A DNA stretch of 64,000 nucleotides, taken from Eutreptiella sp. 'Long Island Sound 2002' (Eukaryota > Protista > Euglenida). Location: positions 200,756,001-200,820,000 of the forward strand of contig OZ038378.1 of assembly GCA_964036045.1 (NCBI GenBank). The letters are read 5' to 3'. The notes under the pieces were generated by a model. It was given only the letters and a program-made list of their open reading frames with translations. It was not told where the DNA came from and made no database searches. The position numbers and the translations under genes were made by a program. Of this stretch, positions 1 through 12,256 are shown piece by piece; position 1 is the stretch's first letter; every line of letters begins with the position of its first letter.

Positions 1-684
1 CCACGCCCACCCCCACTTCCAGTCCAACGCCAACCCCTTCGCCTACTTGCAGCTCCACTGTCTCCCCCACTCCCACGCCCACCCCCACTCCCACTTGCAG
101 TCCAACGCCCACCCCTTCCCCTACGTGCAGCTCCACTGTATCCTCCAAGCCCTCCCCCACTTTGACTGGGACGTCCACCCCTTCGCCTACATGCAGCTCC
201 ACTGTCTCCCCCACGCCCACGCCCACGCCCACTTCCAGTCCTAGTCCAACGCCCACCCCTTCTCCTACTTGCAGCTCCACTGTATCCCCCACGCCCACTC
301 CCACTCTCAGTTCCACCCCCACTCTCAGTCCAACTCCCACTTCTAGTGGCTCGTGCAGTGTGGTTCCCACCCCCTCTTTGACTACAACGCCCACCCGTTC
401 GCCTACTTGCAGCTCCACTGTCTCCCCCACGCCCGCGCCCACCCCCACTCCTACTTCCAGTCCAACGCCCAACCCCTCCCCTACTTGCAGCTCCACTGTA
501 TCACCCACGCCCACTCCCGCTTCCAGTCCAACGCCCACCCCTTCCCCTACTTGCAGTCCGACTGTCCCCCCCACGCCCACGCCTACTGCAAGTCCCAGCC
601 CCTCGGCCACGTCCACACCTTTGCTCATGTCCAGTGGCACGCCCACCGGGATGCGCAAGCCCACGACCGTGCCCAACGCCACAG
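1..684 (+). repeat. Coding tandem repeat (mucin-like, roughly 60-80 bp degenerate units)
   Basis: Recurrent CCACGCCCAC / CAGTCCAACGCCCACCCC / TACTTGCAGCTCCACTG units. Confidence 0.9.
3..684 (+). CDS. Giant membrane-protein gene, first visible exon (5'-partial): Pro/Thr/Ser mucin-like repeats ([14 protein letters not shown] units)
   Basis: Frame is open from position 3 and continuous with ORF 162..1046. It ends ACAG|GTATCC (donor 685, phase 1), which joins acceptor 4963 to give GAT (Asp) in the frame of the next exon. Confidence 0.8.
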
Positions 685-904
685 GTATCCCCGGCTGCGG
701 TCTGGGACATGCCCGTCAGGAGCTCAGGGATGGTGTTGGATCGACGGGGGCGGATGCGCAACAGACGGCGGTGGATGGTCACCTGGTGGCGTTTGGCAGC
801 TGGCAACTGCAACCCCCCCCCCCCAAGAGCGCAAAACGAGGAGAAGGAAAGGACAAAATGGAGAGAATCATTGTGGTTGTGAGAAGCCCATGTCAGAACA
901 ATTG

Positions 905-1200
905 TCCTGCAGATGCACACCCCGGCGCGCACAAGTCAGTGCGGGAGTCAGCAAACCCCCGCATGGACTCGGAGTGTGCATCTGGACGCCCCGGGTCAAC
1001 GGCACGGGCAACAGCCCGTCTCCGGGACAGCCAACCCCCAGAGTAGTCAAACAGGACAAGTCATCCAGGGGATCGTTGACACAACCAGAACATGTTCGGA
1101 CCCACAGAGGGTCAGAATGAGCAGTGGCGAGAGGCCAATAGGCGCCGCCAAAGGCACACCACTAATACCGAGGCCTTGTACCAACCCCCCCCCCCCCCCT
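905..1200 (+). mobile_element. Dispersed non-coding repeat family A (other copies about 38680-38925 minus, 40610-40780 minus, 43980-44095 plus, 44695-44760 plus)
   Basis: Shared sequence GAGTAGTCAAACAGGACAAGTCATCC...GGACCCACAGAGGGTCAGAATGAGCAGTGG...AATACCGAGGCCTTGT(A/G)CCAACCCCCC occurs in both orientations. Confidence 0.8.
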
Positions 1201-1229
1201 CGATACCCGCCCCAGGCGGTGGACTCCAA

Positions 1230-1860
1230 GGCACTGATCTGGTTTGCACTGCGGTGGCAGCAAGGCAAACCACTTTGCCAGCAAGGAACTGAGTAAGTCT
1301 GGCATGAGGTCAGGATTGTGCTGGTCATTTCACAGTAAGACATACCAGTACAGGTCCTCATGCAAGCCATCTGGGAGAGCGACCATCGGCCCCCGACGAC
1401 CGGGCCTTTCGGGCGCTTGCTGCATGTGGTCCGCCTGCTGGGTTGGCAGCCGCTCGAGGGCTGGTGGTCCTGGGCAGTGCCGGGCCAAACAGAGCCACTG
1501 GAACTGGTGCAGGAGCCCATGCGGCAGGTCCAGCACAGGGTGCGGGACAGCCTGCGCTGTCATGCCATGCACGGATTGGAGGCCCGCCGCCCAGCAACCT
1601 ACAGCGGGCTAGGGGACGGGGCCGATGGGGAGGCCTGCTGCGCGGCACTCCGCGTGGCATCCACAGAGCTGGAGGCCTCCCTCTTGCGGGGCCTGTTGGC
1701 TGGGGTGCTATGGACGGTGGCCTGCATGGGCGGGAACAACATGCGGGCCACGTCGAGCTGCCCCGGCTGCGGCTAGCAGCACGAGGATGAGGTGCATGTC
1801 CTCTTGGACTGCCCGTCATGGGAGGCAGCCCGCGTACGACCTTGCTGGCAGTGGTCACAT
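1230..1860 (+). pseudogene. Degenerate 3' fragment of a non-LTR retrotransposon RT (post-RT/zf-RVT region), a different subfamily from the CA-associated LINEs
   Basis: QAIWE...GPFGRLL...LGW...WWSW...LLRGLLAG..W...CPGCG*.HEDEVHVLLDCPSW is colinear with the equivalent region of the LINE at 19700-20160. Confidence 0.7.
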
Positions 1861-2149
1861 CTGTCCGCAGGACATGTACAAGATGTAGTTGTGTCTGTCT
1901 ATGTTTTGTGCCACCACATGTAGTGGGTTGAGGATCTTAGTCATAGTACCTGCAGTGCCGGGCAGGAGTTAAGTACCTGCAGTGCCGGGCAGGAGCTACA
2001 CGGTGTCACGATGACATTGTGTTCTCTATCGCTTGGAGACGGCCGATTGTCACTGCAGAGCCGAAAGGCGCCTATGGTACCACTGACGAGGATTTTGATG
2101 CTGACGTGTGCCCGTACCCTGTGACCAGCACACACCACGCCTCCGTACG

Positions 2150-3425
2150 GGGGGTCTCCCAAGGGATTGGTTCACAACCTGCTTATGCAGTTTTTCACCC
2201 TGGGCAGCTCAAAAATCGCAGTTTCCGAAACTTATTTTTTTGATATTGTGATCACCTAAAATGACCATCCAAGATATGTAAAGCATGTTTTAGCTCGTAT
2301 TCATGTAGTTTTTACCCAATTTCGAGTGTGTGTTGCTCAGGGTAGATTCTCTGTGAGGTGGACTTGCCAAAGGCAATAGAATTTTCAAAATTCAACTTTT
2401 TCCGAAAGTCTTCTGTTGCCCCTAGGATCGGTTTGGGTGATCATTCGGTGACAGTACGGGTACTTGAGCGCCCATGGGGACCCACGTAGTGGCCACTGGG
2501 CCCATGTAGCCCGAGCCATGGGCCCCCCAAAAGCTTCAAAATTGCTGTTTGTAGGTGGTTCAATGGCCTTTGGTGTGTGCACCAACTGCCTAAGCAATTT
2601 TCCACCCTGTAAAGGTCAAAAATGGAAACTTTTGCAAAATTTTTTGGATATTGTGACCACTCACAATGATGAAATATGCTATGTAAAGCATGTTTTAGAC
2701 TCTCGTTTTGTGTTTTTCACCCTATTTGGGTGCCGGGGCGGGGGGGGGGGGGGGGGGCTCCCAAGGGGGCTAGGGCACAACTTTGCAGTTTTCCAGCCTC
2801 GGCAGCTCAAAAATAGTCATTTCCGAAACTGATTTTTTTTTATATTTTGGCCATCCAAAATCATCAAATATCCTATGTAAAGCATGTTTTAGCCCCTCTT
2901 TATGTGTTGTTCACCCTAATTCGGTGGGGTTGGGGGGGGGGTCCCAAGGGGGATGCGGCACAACCTGCTTATGCAATTTTCCAGCCTCAAAATGGTAATT
3001 TCCGAAATTGATTTTTTTTGATATTGTGACCATCCAAAATGACCAAATATTGCATGTAAAGCGTGTTTTGGCCCCTCATTATGTGTTTTTCACCCTAATT
3101 GGCTTTTGGGGGCGGCGGGGGGGGGGGCTCCCAAGGGGGCCTGTGCACAACCTGCTTATGCATTTTTCCAGCCTCGGCAGCTCAAAAATGGTACTTTCCG
3201 AAACTGATTTTTTTTGATATTCTGACAATCCAAAATGATCAAATATCCTATGTAAAGCATGTTTAAGCCCCTCTTTATGTGTTTTTCACCCTAGTTGGGT
3301 TTTTTGGCGGGCTCCCAATGGGGCCTGTGCACAACCTGCTGATGCAGTTTCCCAGCCTTAGCAGCTCAAAAAATGGTCGTCCCTCTCCCCTCTTCGAGGT
3401 GCCTTGCCGAAGGCAATAGAATTTG
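2150..3425 (+). mobile_element. Non-autonomous element(s) with internal 140-190 bp tandem repeats and a terminal TTGCC-N3-GGCAA hairpin; further copy 13985-14400 and remnant 37040-37110
   Basis: CACAACCTGCTTATGCAGTTTT...GGCAGCTCAAAAAT...TATGTAAAGCATGTTTTAG is repeated about 6 times. The hairpin plus TAGA(A/G)TTT occurs at 2364, 3404, 14376 and 37092. Confidence 0.65.
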
Positions 3426-4031
3426 GGTTCAGAGTGGGTGATGGTTATCTGCACTCTCAGCTAGTGCACTGGGTGCTGTGAACACAACAATGACACCAGA
3501 CACTCATCAAGCTCAATCTGGTGTGGGATGTGACATAGATCCATGTTGCTGAGGTTGGTAGAGCCTTGTATAAAGAGAAATTTCAGGAGTTTGTCAACAC
3601 AGTTCATCAGTGTGGTCAGACAAAGTGAGGTTGCCCAGGCTCTCCGGACACCAGTGTGAAGTTGAGCATTTGGTAAACCTAAAATGCGCTCTAGAGGGGA
3701 AGGTGAGGGTGGAGGAAGGACAGGAACCAGATTTGCCACTCCTCCTCAGTTGCATTGCAAGGTTGTACATGGATCTCTGGCAGAGCACAGCACAAGCAGC
3801 AGACGTGGGCAACAGGGAGCCTCTTGGCGTGGTCCTGGGGATCACCAGTGCTGCTTATTTACAGATGATCTGGGGCAGACAGTCAATTTCAACACTGCTG
3901 AAAACCAGGCCAGTGCAGCACCACCCAACCTTCAGTATTCCTCAGCAAGGCTTGTTCAGCAAGGCATGTACATGCTGGAATCCAGGGGTAGGTGTTCAGA
4001 GGGCAAACTGGTAGTGAAGCCTTTTCACCTC

Positions 4032-4763
4032 CAGGGGGGGGGGGATTTCGCCCGGGGACAATTTCGCAGGGGATAATTTCGCCAGGGGAAAATTTCGCCA
4101 CCCTTGAAATCCCCAAAGCCCCAAGCAAGCATGTGTCTCGCAAAATGTCTCTCAATTTTCGAAAAAAATTTTTTGTCTCTCGGTCTGTATATGCCCCTTG
4201 AGGACATAGATGTCAAATGTGGTCATTACTCCAGTGGTACGTGCACTTGATTCTGATTGTACAGGCGTTGGCTCAAAACCCGGGGACGCAATGCTTTTCA
4301 TCTGTCCAGCACTTGTGAATCTGATGAGATTGGTTATTCATGCACAAACAAACCCTGCCTGAAGCAGTCTCCAATGGTCACAAAACAACAACACATGCAC
4401 TACACAGATGGTCCAAACTGCAACAGGCTGGCACAACATGGTCCCAGAATTGTGTTTTCCAAGAGGAGCCAGGCGCGCGTACGAACGCGCCTGAGCCAAT
4501 CGTTTCTTGCGCAGCTTCATGAAATCTGATGCAGACGATCCAGTAGCTGGTGCAGAAGGTGCATGCTTCTTTTTCAAGGCATCAGCAGGCACAGGCGCGT
4601 TCGTAATCGCGCCTGGCCCCGCTCAGGAAACACAATGCCTGCAGCTGTGGTGAAGGATGGAACTGTTACGCCCAAATTTTGCTAGGGGAAAATTTCGCCA
4701 CCTTTCTTAACGGCGAAATTTTCCTCGCGAAATTCTCCCCTGGCGAAATCCCCCCCCCCCCTG
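4032..4763. mobile_element. MITE-like element with CAG(G)nATTTCGCC terminal inverted repeats
   Basis: Left end CAGGGGGGGGGGGATTTCGCC; right end GGCGAAATCCCCCCCCCCCCTG. Subterminal AATTTCGC repeats at both ends. TA is present only on the right flank. Confidence 0.7.
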
Positions 4764-4963
4764 TACGATTTCAGGATTTTTGATGTTGGCAACCAGTGTT
4801 TCAAATGTTTCCATCAGATGTTTCGAAGGGTAACACAGTGGCCTCGCAAATTGAAGCGAAGAAAAGGGGGTTCATGGAGTGAACAGTCCCATTTAAAATC
4901 GCGTGATTTATTCCTCTCTGTGTGATGCCATGTTTTGCGTGTTTTTATTTTCGCCTGTTTCAG

Positions 4964-6270
4964 ATACATCTACAACATCACCAACGCCGTCACCAGCTGC
5001 ATCATCAACAGCAGCACAAACTACATCATCAACTGCATCATCAACTGCATCATCAACTGCATCATCAACTGCAACATCACCTCCGTCGCAAACTCCGTTG
5101 TACACCCATCTGCCCACCCCATCACAAACACCAACACGCTATCCAACACCCACAGCATCACCAACTGCATCACCATCATCAGAGACAGCCTCACAAACAG
5201 CATCACCAACTGCATCATCATCTGCATCCTCAACACTGTTACAAACTCTGAGGCCGACACCATTGCCCACACTGTCAGTAACACCAACACAACATCCAAC
5301 ACCAACCGGATCACGGACTGCATCACCAACACCAGCTGGGACGACATCACGAAGTCCATCACCAACACCGTTACCAGCTGCATCAACATCATCACAAACT
5401 GCATCACCAACTGCATCACCAACTCCATCACCAACTGCATCAGCGTCTGCATCACCAACTGCATCATCAACTGCATCATCAACAGCATCACCAGAGACAC
5501 CATCACAAACATCATCACTAACTTCAGCAGGAACTGCGTCACCAACTGCATCATCAACTGCATCCTCAACAACGTCACAAACTCCGAGGCTGACACCATC
5601 GCCCACACCGTCAGTAACACCAACACGACATCCAACACTAAGTGGATCACGGACTGCATCACCAACACCAGCTGGGACGACATCACAAAGTCCATCACCA
5701 ACACCGTTACCAGCTGCATCAACATCATCACAAACTGCATCACCAACTCCATCACCAACTGCATCAGCGTCTGCATCACCAACTGCATCATCAACTGCAT
5801 CATCAACAGCATCACCAGAGACACCACCACAAACATCATCACTAACTTCATCAAGAACTGCGTCACCAACTGCATCATCAACTGCATCCTCAACAACGTC
5901 ACAAACTCCGAGGCCGACACCATCGCCCACACCGTCAGTAACACCAACACGACATCCAACACTAAGTGGATCACGGACTGCATCACCAACACCAGCTGGG
6001 ACGACATCACGAAGTCCATCACCAACACCGCCACCAAATGCCGCATCAACTGCATCACAAACTGCATCATCGACACCAACTCGATCACAAACTGGATCAC
6101 CACCGCCAGAGATAGCTTCACGAACTCCATCACAAACAGTCTCACGAACATCATCACCAGCTGCATCACCAACACCATCATCAACACCATCGCAGACTCC
6201 ATCGCCAGTTTCATTGTCAACACTATCGCCCACGGCTTCCGCTGGGCTGTCGCCCACGCAGACCGCTAGC
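4964..6270 (+). repeat. Coding tandem repeat: three units of about 324-336 bp built on a 12-bp CATCATCAACTG subrepeat
   Basis: GAGGC(C/T)GACACCAT recurs at 5250, 5586 and 5910, and the CATCA(T/C)CAACTG subunit is pervasive. Confidence 0.9.
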
Positions 6271-9200
6271 CCCAGCGGCAGCACCCTGGATTTCATGATC
6301 ATTGCTGGCCCCCAGCCTCATCCTGCCGGAAAGCCGCTGCGGATGCACGTCTCCGTGCAGGGCTGGACCCCACCCTCCGAAGGCTGCAATATCAGCAGCG
6401 TCACCCATCCCACTTGGCGCTTCACGTGGCAGGTCACACCCGCAGGCCCCGGCCCGAGCCCCGGCCGAACTAAGTTCCATTCCGCCGGAGGCATTGCTGT
6501 CCTGCCTGCCGTTGAGCTCGTGGCCCCTGCCTACATGGTCCGGGTCGTAGCAACGCCCCGCGTGGGGCCCGCGCACCATCTGGAAACCGCCCTCACGGTG
6601 GCCGTGCAGCTGCCGCCGGCGTACAGCGGCGCCGGCGCCGGGCCGCTGCAGGTCGCCGCGGTGCCCGGGGGCGTGCGGCTGTCCACCAACCCCACGCACT
6701 GGCCCGCGGACCTGCGCTACCGCTTCATGCTGCAGTCCCCCGAGGGGCTGCTGCTGCCCATCCCTGACGCCCCAAACTTCACCGCCAGCCCCGCCGTGAC
6801 GGTGCCTCTGCCATGGCTGCCCGCCGTCTCCCTCTCTCCCGTTGGCGCCGTCCCGGGCCCCTACAGCTACACCTTTGCCCTCGTCGTGCGCGACGCGCAG
6901 GGCACGGAGGCGGGGCCGTTCCTGGCGCCGGCCCCAGCCCCCACCCCCGCCGCCGCCCCCAACTGCGTCGCCATCTGCGCCGCCGCCGCGGAACTCCTGC
7001 AGGAGGTCGCATGCGGGACGTGCAGCGCCGCGGGCTACCGGCCCGACGCCGACGTGGAGCGCCGCCTGCGCACTCTCCCTGCGACCGCCGCGCTGGACCA
7101 GCGACGCGACTTGCTGCACGCCGTGGCGCTGGTGGCCCTGCGGTTCCGCGGGACCAGCGGCGCTGCGCCCCCAGCGCTCTCCGCAGGTGCCGCCGCCGCC
7201 GCTGCCCCCCTCCTTCTCAACGCCACGGCGCCGCTCCTGGGCAGCGACTCCGACGCGGCGGTGCTTCTGCGGGCGCTTGACGCGCTGCTGTACGGCAGCC
7301 CCGCCACCACCGTAGGGCTGCTCATGGACATGCTCCGCACTGCGCGCCGCGAGCGCGACGGCTGCGGGGATCCGGGATTCCACTTTGGGCCGCCGGGGGC
7401 CGGGCCCTGCGCCGCCGTGCGCCGCGTGGAGCGCGCGGCGCTTCCGGTGGTTGTTCAAGTGGGCGGGGCGTTCGTGCATCTCCCTCCGTCGGTGTGGGCG
7501 GCCGTGGGCGCCGCCGAGGCCGACGTGCATGCGACCATCACCCGCGGCACCGGGGCTCTGGTAACGGACGTGGTGACGGTTACGCTGCACGACCCAGTTA
7601 CCGGGCGCGGCCTCGCTGTCCGGGATCTACCCGAGCCCATCACCATCGAGTTTGCCACGAATGCCAGTGCTCTGCTGCACCCGCCGGACTGGTACCGCTG
7701 CGTGTCCGGCGCGCCGGGAGACTGGGCCAGCGACGGCACGTGGCTGACCTCCACTGGCGCCGGCGGGCTCCGCTGCCACACAACACACCTCACGTCCTTC
7801 GCCGTGCAGGCCGTCCCGCAGATCGTGGCCGTCAGCGGGTGCGCCCTGGACCTGCCCCCCGGTACTCTGCACTGCCCCGCGGCCCCGGGGGCCCTGACGG
7901 TCGCCGGGGGGCACTTCGGCGCGAGTGGCGCCCGCGTCACTGTACAGGGGAGCAGCGGCGCGGCGCGCGAGTGCCCGACCGTGCGCCACGAGGGGCCGGA
8001 CCAGCTCGTCTGCGCCGACGTGCGGCTGCCTGCCTCCGGCCAGGGGCCGGAGTGGTACGATGTGACGGTGCACACGTCCGGCGGGCTCAGCGCGTCGCGC
8101 GCGCGCGTGCTGCTGTCGGCCGGCGTGCCCGAGCTGTCAGGGCTCCGCGCCCTGGGGCTAGCAACGGGAGCCTGTGCCGAATCCGGCCCCGGGGCCCTCA
8201 CCGACTGCCCCCGCACCGGCACAGCCTTCGGGCTTGAGGGGCACTTTGTGACCAGCAGCGACTTCGGGAGCCCGCGGGTGTTTGTTGGCAGCTTCGAGTG
8301 CCCCAGCGTCATCGCGGTCAGCGCGACGTACCTGGAGTGCCGCGGCCTCGCTGGCGCCGGCCGGGCGCTGCCCGTCGTGGTGCGCCTGGGCCGCGTGGTG
8401 GCGGCGGCGCAGTGGCGCTTCACGGTGGCGTTCCGGGAGTGCGAGGGGAAGGCGGGGCACTGGAGCGGGGCCGAGTGCGCGAAGTGCCAGACGGGGTGGT
8501 ACGGCGCAGGTTGCGACCAGCGGTGCCCGGGCGGCGGGGCCTGCAGTGGGCATGGGATCTGTGATGATGGGCCCGTCGGCAGCGGTAGGTGCTTTTGCGC
8601 GCGCGGCGCCGCGACCGGGTATTGGAGTGGTCGCGCGTGCGACCAGTGCGATGCCTGGTACGGTGGCCCAGGGTGTGTCCTGCGCTGCCCTGGGGTGACC
8701 CGCTTTGGCGTCTGCTCAGGGCACGGGGACTGCGTTGGTGTGGGTTACGACTTTGATAGTATCAGCGGCAGTAGCGATCCCAGTGAGGGAAGCTGCTCGT
8801 GTTACGGCAACGCAACGCATGGCCACTGGACAGGCCCAGAGTGTGCGGACTGTGCCCGGGGGTGGGTTGGGCGCGCGTGCACAGTTGCTTGCCCGGGCCA
8901 TGCCGGTCTTGCTTGCGGGGGTCACGGGGTGTGCAGCAGCGGCAGCAGTAGTCCGAGCAGTGGTGCGGATTCCTCTGATGACAGTAGCGTTGCGGATGAG
9001 GTGGCGTGGTGCGTCTGCGACCCTGAGTACGCCGGGCGCAGCTGTGAGAGCCACTGCCCCTGCTCCGGTCATGGGCGGTGCATCGAGACGGCCATAGGGA
9101 CCGGTGCCTGTGCCTGCGATCCAGGCTTCGCTGGTGCCGCCTGCGCGGCGGAGTGCCCTGGGGGTGCGTGGCTGCCCTGCAACGGGCACGGCCGCTGCGA

Positions 9201-10029
9201 CCCCGGCACGGGCGGCTGCGTGTGCCACCGCGACGAGACGAGCGGGCACTGGGACGGCGCAGCGTGCGACGTGTGTGCCGGCGGGTGGTCCGGGGCCATG
9301 TGTGCAGTGCAGTGCCCCCGGAACGCAAGCGGGGTGCCCTGTGGCCCCGGCCTGTGCCTTGTCGGCCAGTGCCTCTGCCCACCGGGAACGTGCGGGCGCG
9401 CATGCGACATCGCTGGCGCCAGTTGCGATGCGGCGGCCTGCCCCACCGGCTTCTACGGTGCTGGGTGCGCGCGGAGGTGCCCCCGGGACACCAACGACCG
9501 CCTGTGCGGCGCCCGCGGAACGTGTCTCGCGCGCACGTACGGCACGGGGGAGTGCGCCTGCGACGCGGGCTACACCGGAGCGACTTGCAGTTTTCAGTGC
9601 CCCCGCACGGCCGCGGGGGTCTGCGGGGGTCACGGCGTCTGTGTGGTGGAGGCCGGCGGCTGTGCCTGCTTCCCCGGGTATGGCATGCGCGACTGCTCCA
9701 AGGCATGCCCGTCGCACCGGGGGCTGCTGTGTGCTGGACACGGGACGTGCGACGATGGACCGAACGGCCGTGGCACGTGCGAATGCGCCGCGGGATACAC
9801 GAATCTGAGCTGCGGGGCGCTCTGCCCCGGGTTCGACCCATTGGCCCCCTTTCCCGAGGCGTGTGGAGGGCATGGGCTCTGCAACGCCCCGCAGTTGCAC
9901 TGTGACTGCCTGCGAACGGAGCGGACGGGGTACTGGGCCGGGGAGACTTGCGGGGACTGTGCCAGCGGGTGGTACGGTGGCGCCTGCGACAAGCCGTGCG
10001 TCCCTGGGCACGGGCGGACGGTCGGGAAG
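4964..10029 (+). CDS. Exon 2 (5,066 nt): mucin-like S/T/P repeats, REJ-like region, GAIN/GPS motif, TIG/IPT-like domains, tandem EGF/laminin-EGF repeats
   Basis: Core of ORF 4903..10545. Pyrimidine-rich acceptor ending TTTCAG|AT at 4963. WASDGT...CHTTHLTSFAV GPS motif at 7699-7800. Many CPG..CSGHG.C....G.C.C...W.G..C repeats. Donor AAG|GTGTGT at 10030 (phase 0). Confidence 0.92.
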
Positions 10030-11535
10030 GTGTGTCTCCGTTTGCTCGTTGTCGAGGCCGAAGTAGAGGTGGACCGTGGGCGACCTCCCAACTCCAGCGC
10101 GTCATTGCCCCGAGCGGCTGGTGGGGCTGGGCTGGCGGCCGGGCTCTGGGGGGAGGAGGGTAGACAGGAACCGCCGCGGCAAGAGCGTGGATCTCGGAGT
10201 GCCTCTGGAGCGCAATCAACAGCCCTCATGCACGGGCACGGGGGTGGGGGTGGGGGGTGGCTAGTGGAAAAGTATGTTTCATTCATTCAGAGCGGACCTG
10301 TCACGGGGGGCGCTCCTGGTCGGGACCCGACCCCAAAGGGGGGGGGGGGGACCCCCCCCTCTACGGACGCCAAAATTGTCGCACGGAACAATGTGCTTTG
10401 TCGGCGCCAGAGGCGCCGCAGATTTTGTTTTAGGCATACGGCAGGGGGAATTTTTCTTGTTCGACCCTATGTGTCTATACTCAAAATACTCAGAATTTCG
10501 TGGAGAATTCAAAAATGGCTGAAAAGCACAAGAAAGGTTATGTAGCCACCTTGCCCACAAGTGGGCCACTTCTGATTCTGCCCCCCGCTCTGCAGCGGAG
10601 GGGATCCCCCAGGGTGCAGGGGTTATGTAGCCACCTTGCATCTTGTTAGCTTTGTGTGTTTGCGCGCTTGGACGGGGACGGAAAAGGTGCTGGGTTTGGG
10701 TCAACGAAGGGGGGGGGTCCCCCCCCCCTTCGGAGGGGGGTGGGGTCCCCCCCCCCCTACAGCCCCCCAAACTGTCGAACACCCCTCGGGGTCACACATT
10801 GGCTGGCGGCCGCCCCCGTGGGACCTGTAGAAGTACCAAAGTTGCAGACTAGTGCTCAAGTAGGGGCGATGCTTTGGGTGTGCAACAGGGTGGCGTGCGG
10901 TGGCCATCAAGCCATCAGTGGGCACCTGGAATGGTTCAGGGGCAACGCAACATGGCCACCGCGGGTGGAATGCGCCACGGAGGGTCCACCAATGCGGGGC
11001 TAGGGCGTCTCGCTGTGCAAAATTATGTCCATCACACGATGTTCGGGGCCTCTTTACGGTGGTCGCATTCCGTTACCTGGACCAATTTACGGCCCATGGG
11101 AACAGCCCCCCCCTCGTTGCATAGGCCGGCAAAATGTACCATGTTTTGTTCTTATGGACGCAATCTGCAAGTGAGACATACCCCTTCTTTGAATGGCCCA
11201 GTGGAAACAGGAGGAGGCGTTGTGGGGTCCACAATCGGGCGGAGTGGTGCTCAGAGGGGGGCCGAGGGTACATGAGCCCTCCTGTACATCACAGCCAATG
11301 GTGCGTCCTAGGCATCAACACAGTGTCCACCTTGCAACACCCATCCAAACCCCTTTGCCCCTCCTTGGGTTCCTCGTGGCCCAGTGGTCAACGTATGGTC
11401 CTGAGTCCGAACCCCGCAAGGCACAGCGGCGAGTCCTGGGCTGAGAGGGGGTGGGGGGACAAACCTAATGTCACAGGAGAGATCCCTTCAGATGCTCAAC
11501 CTCAACCTCAACCTCAACCTTCCTCGCTCCCTCAG

Positions 11536-11981
11536 AAATGCCACTGCCACACCGGATTCGCCACACTGGACTGCCACGTGGCGTGCCCACGCAGCGAGAC
11601 TGGTGATCTCTGCTTCGGGCACGGGCGGTGCAACGATGGCCGTCTGGGCGACGGCAGCTGCGCATGCGACGCCGGCTGGTATGGGCCCAACTGCACTTGC
11701 AACCCCCAAAATTGCTACACCGGCAATGAGACGGCACCCCCACCGCGTGCCCGTTGCAACGATTTTACGGGCGCGTGCGAGTGCCAGCGCAACGCCAGCG
11801 GGTACTGGGGCGGAGATATTTGCAACCGCTGCCTGGACGGCTACTGGGGTGCCGCCTGCAACCGTGTCTGTGATTGCTGGGGCCACGGCTTCTGCGACCC
11901 TGTGGATGGCATGTGCACCTGCTTCAAGGACTCCGTAAAAGGACACTGGGCTGGCAGCCACTGCGACACTTGCGATGCTGG
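11536..11981 (+). CDS. Exon 3: EGF/laminin-EGF repeats (KCHCHTGFATLDC...CDTCDAG)
   Basis: Acceptor CTCCCTCAG|AAATGC in phase 0 continues GRTVGK|KCHC. Cys spacing as in exon 2. Donor GG|GTATGC at 11982 (phase 2). Confidence 0.88.
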
Positions 11982-12051
11982 GTATGCCTGTAAACTGGGG
12001 TAGTGAGGCCTGTTGTAGAGATTTGTGGAAAGTCGTGGAAGGTTGTGGACA

Positions 12052-12256
12052 CGGATGCATTGGAAGGAGCCCCCCCCCCCCCCCTTCTCGGGCCCTCAGC
12101 CTACAGTCCAGCTGCTCTCTTCATGACCCCACCTGCCGGCTTCAACGGCCTTTGTAACCGGCAGTAACGCCCAACCGCTTTGGCAACTTCCTCCAACCGC
12201 CTGGTTTACCGCTTCTGAAACCCCCTCCAGGGCCCCTTCCCTTCTAATGCATCCCT
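12052..12256. mobile_element. Roughly 200-bp MITE with (C)AGGGATGCATTRGAAG termini; other copies 41230-41432, 42470-42648, 43033-43236
   Basis: Inverted ends GGATGCATTGGAAGG / CCTTCT(A/G)ATGCATCCCT. The shared interior GGCATTTGTAACCGACAGTAACCGCCCC...AACCGCCTCTGGG recurs in four copies. Confidence 0.8.

Noticed and set aside
3461-3739. Tyrosine-recombinase fragment (LHTGVRRAWATSL, minus strand)
   Set aside because: Only a loose resemblance to the HxxR box; no other YR motifs are visible.
4922-6302. Alternative-frame and antisense ORFs (His/Gln-, Ile/Asn/Cys-, Met/Leu/Val- and Asp/Val/Gly-rich)
   Set aside because: By-products of the stop-free 12-bp coding repeat; only the S/T/P frame splices in phase.
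10030-10545. C-terminal 170 aa of the 1,880-aa ORF as real protein
   Set aside because: Cys-repeat coding stops at the AAG|GT donor at 10030, the remainder runs through dispersed repeats, and the EGF pattern resumes at 11536.
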